A stretch of 63,378 bases of DNA, filler included. It is 4 parts of 4 records of this genome, joined end to end, with 100 filler letters (N's around TTAATTAATTAA, not from the genome) between each part and the next. Parts side by side here need not be neighbours in the genome. Positions count along the whole stretch, not along the records: positions 58,279 to 63,378 come from SRR31156797_6510; 3 more parts are not named here. One strand, 5' to 3'. The notes below the pieces were generated by a model. It ran no database searches. It was not told the DNA's origin and saw only the letters and a list, made by a program, of their open reading frames with translations. This document shows positions 61,063 to 63,378 of the stretch, piece by piece. Position 1 is the first letter of the stretch; each line of letters starts with the position of its first letter. Position numbers and translations under genes: made by a program.

Positions 61063-62199
61063 TTACATATATTTTTTTAAATATTCTTGAAAGTTCTCAT
61101 AAATTCCTGCCATAAAATTCTGATCATGCTCCATATATCTGGAAAAATTAACAACCATATCAATGAAGTATTGCTCCTCTATCTCTTCATGATTCAACAT
61201 TAAATAATTCAAGTGTAAAACTAGTAAAGAGTAGCTAATTACCAGTTTATTATATTCTGGCAAAATATTATCTGTATCACTTAGCGGGAATAAATTTTGT
61301 AAAATGAAATTCTGTAGAAAGTTTTCTAAAAAATTAATATATCTTTTATTCGTATTTTTTTCAAAATCAGGAAAAGCAATAAAACTATAGTCAATTTCCT
61401 CTTGAAATTTAGAAATAAAGTTCGAATATTCTCTATCAGCAGAAGCCCTCTTCTCACAAATCGAAAATAGATAAGAGAAGTATTCTTTTTCATTTTCAAT
61501 TAAAATTTTACTAAGATAATTTTCCTGTGAGAAATTTTCTAAAAACCTTTTTGGTAAAAAAATCAAATGTTTTTTATTTACTTCATCTTGGATATTTTTT
61601 ATAAAATATCCTATTTTTATAATTTTTTCAGTAATATTAAGCTTTTTATCTATACTAATATCCATAATTATTTCTCTTATTTCCGGTAAAGCATACTGCC
61701 ATTCAGAAGTATAATTATTCTGTTCGTATATCTCCCCAAGCGCAAATACTCCATCTAAATATTGACTTGCCTTTACTCTTTCAAATATTGGCGACGTTTC
61801 TCCCATCATAAACCTTACTACTTCAGGGCAAGAGATACTCCAGGCTATCTCATATTCACCATTTTCGACATTAACTATTCTAGGATAAGTATTACAAACA
61901 TTAGATAAACCTCGAACTCCATAACGTGAATGAATTTTACACAGACCTTTTTCATCTAATATACTGCAATTACCATTGTTTTGTTTAAATCGTGCGTACT
62001 TATACTTCGAACGACTTTCTTCAGGATATAAAATTATATTTTCAGTAAAATTAACAACTTTATCATCTTTTGCCGTCATATACAGATTATAAGTTGCTTC
62101 GTCGATATTTATATTCCATCCTTTGCAACATGATGTTTCACACTCTCCTCCAATACAACTAAAACCTTTCATAGAGTTACTTGCTAATATTTTTTCCAT
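61063..62199 (-). CDS. FliB-like flagellin lysine-N-methylase family protein
   Basis: FSCIGGECETSCCKGWNINID, CSILDEKGLCKIH, CNTYPR, SCPE Cys cluster. Confidence 0.8.
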   Translation of the reverse strand: MEKILASNSMKGFSCIGGECETSCCKGWNINIDEATYNLYMTAKDDKVVNFTENIILYPEESRSKYKYARFKQNNGNCSILDEKGLCKIHSRYGVRGLSNVCNTYPRIVNVENGEYEIAWSISCPEVVRFMMGETSPIFERVKASQYLDGVFALGEIYEQNNYTSEWQYALPEIREIIMDISIDKKLNITEKIIKIGYFIKNIQDEVNKKHLIFLPKRFLENFSQENYLSKILIENEKEYFSYLFSICEKRASADREYSNFISKFQEEIDYSFIAFPDFEKNTNKRYINFLENFLQNFILQNLFPLSDTDNILPEYNKLVISYSLLVLHLNYLMLNHEEIEEQYFIDMVVNFSRYMEHDQNFMAGIYENFQEYLKKYM

Positions 62200-62477
62200 A
62201 TATTCTCCCAGCTATAATTTGTTATTTTAGTTCAATTATATTCTCTTTTGATAAATAAGAGAATGGAATTATTACGGTTTTTAATATAAAAAAAGGTACT
62301 TTTTACTGATTTTTAAATATCCTTCTATTTTGAAAAGAGGGATAAGGAGTGAATTAAAAACAGTGGAGTCAAAATTATTATTGTTCAACAAAGCAAAGAG
62401 AATAAGCTGAAGGCTACCAAAACATTAGTGTTTTTCAACTCTTTACTTTTTTGATAAAAAATTTTTTTTATTTTCTA

Positions 62478-62540
62478 TTGACTTTTATTTCATTTCAAGA
62501 TATACTTATTCCATAAGTGACCAGAAAACTAAATTAGTCA
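62478..62540 (+). promoter_or_regulatory. Promoter and putative operator of the second tetR
   Basis: TTGACT-17-TATACT, then TGACCAGAAAACTAAATTAGTCA; a related site lies at about 63195-63216. Confidence 0.65.
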
Positions 62541-62550
62541 GAGGTGTTTT

Positions 62551-63138
62551 ATGGACGAAAAGAAGCTACAAATATTAAAAAAAGCAAAAGAGTTATTTTT
62601 CATATACGGAGTTAAAAAAACAACTGTGGATGAGATTGCAAAAGCCGCCGGTATTGGAAAAGGTACTGTATATCTATATTTTTCATCAAAAGGAGATATA
62701 GTATCAGATTTGGCAATACAGGAAGCAAATGCTATTGCATCTCAACTTAAGGAAGTTATTGCAAAACAAACTAGTGCCGAGGATAAACTAAGAGTATTTA
62801 TAAAATCATTCATATTGAACTGTCATGATTTTGTCAATTCAAATGTGCATGCTGCTGATATCTTTGATGTAATGTGGGAGTACAGAAGTAAGTGTGAAAT
62901 TGATGAGCAGGATTATGAAATAGAGATGGCAGCTATTACAAAGATTGCGTCAGAAATCTTGTTATTAGGAAAAGAGGAAGGTACTTTTGTATTCGATAAG
63001 CTTTTTGATCTTATTGAAAATATCTCTTTTGTTCTTCGAAGTTTTTTCCCGCCAAATTCAATAACAGTTACAAGAGATGAATTAGATAAAAAAAGTGACT
63101 ATGTAATAGATATAATTATAAAAGGTTTAAAAAAATAA
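62551..63138 (+). CDS. TetR-family regulator
   Basis: TTVDEIAKAAGIGKGTVYLYFSSK HTH. Confidence 0.93.
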   Translation: MDEKKLQILKKAKELFFIYGVKKTTVDEIAKAAGIGKGTVYLYFSSKGDIVSDLAIQEANAIASQLKEVIAKQTSAEDKLRVFIKSFILNCHDFVNSNVHAADIFDVMWEYRSKCEIDEQDYEIEMAAITKIASEILLLGKEEGTFVFDKLFDLIENISFVLRSFFPPNSITVTRDELDKKSDYVIDIIIKGLKK

Positions 63139-63351
63139 CTAAAAATCCGACTTATTAATAATTTTAGTAAAGTCGGTATTTTTTCACACTACACTGACCA
63201 AAAGACTTAATCAGTTCTAGGTTCAAAGCGAGAGTTTATCAATACAGAACAGAATATTTCAGTTTTTTAGGAGCAGGAAAATGGATCATTCTAAAGTAAA
63301 ATAAGATAAGCACAATATTAGAAAAAAGGAATTTAAGGAGTGGGTTTTAAA

Positions 63352-63378
63352 ATGAAAGTATTATATTTTACAGCAACA
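63352..63378 (+). CDS. Start of a probable flavodoxin/EFR1-like protein (partial)
   Basis: AAGGAG RBS; MKVLYFTAT resembles the flavodoxin YF(S/T)xTG start. Confidence 0.5.

Overview
This window is not one locus. It is four unrelated contigs joined by artificial N44-TTAATTAATTAA-N44 linkers, and the taxa below are inferred from gene content and protein sequence. (1) 1-9550, Campylobacterota-like: Ni/Co ECF transporter genes, a class II cytochrome c, hypB-hypC-[P-type ATPase]-hypD, a PemK/MazF toxin-antitoxin pair and a partial secreted DNA ligase. (2) 9651-38620, Bacteroidota: a partial tRNA plus a duplicated tRNA 5' half with an 86-nt double-hairpin insertion in its D-loop, DPP-IV, pepD, an MFS transporter, a rearranged and probably Na+-coupled V/A-type ATPase operon, purL, menG/ubiE, porT, TamL and rpsL-rpsG-fusA. 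(3) 38721-58178, Enterococcus-like: a defence island (hsdS-hsdR, a 970-aa AbiH-family gene, a NucS-like/DUF5655 gene, a MazG-like gene), then PTS IIC, MerR/TsaA/GNAT/UvrA2 genes and an Mga-like regulator. (4) 58279-63378, Fusobacteriota-like: rpsF-rpsR, two TetR modules with visible operators and a FliB-like gene. The best candidate for an undescribed system is the 970-aa protein 7 nt downstream of hsdR. It joins an AbiH (SIR2-like) domain, a leucine-rich-repeat region and a C-terminal copy of the neighbouring HsdR's own C-terminal domain (37/77 identical, ungapped, counted by hand). This suggests an abortive-infection guard or decoy that docks on or mimics the type I restriction-modification complex. 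All calls come from reading motifs by eye; no database searches were run.
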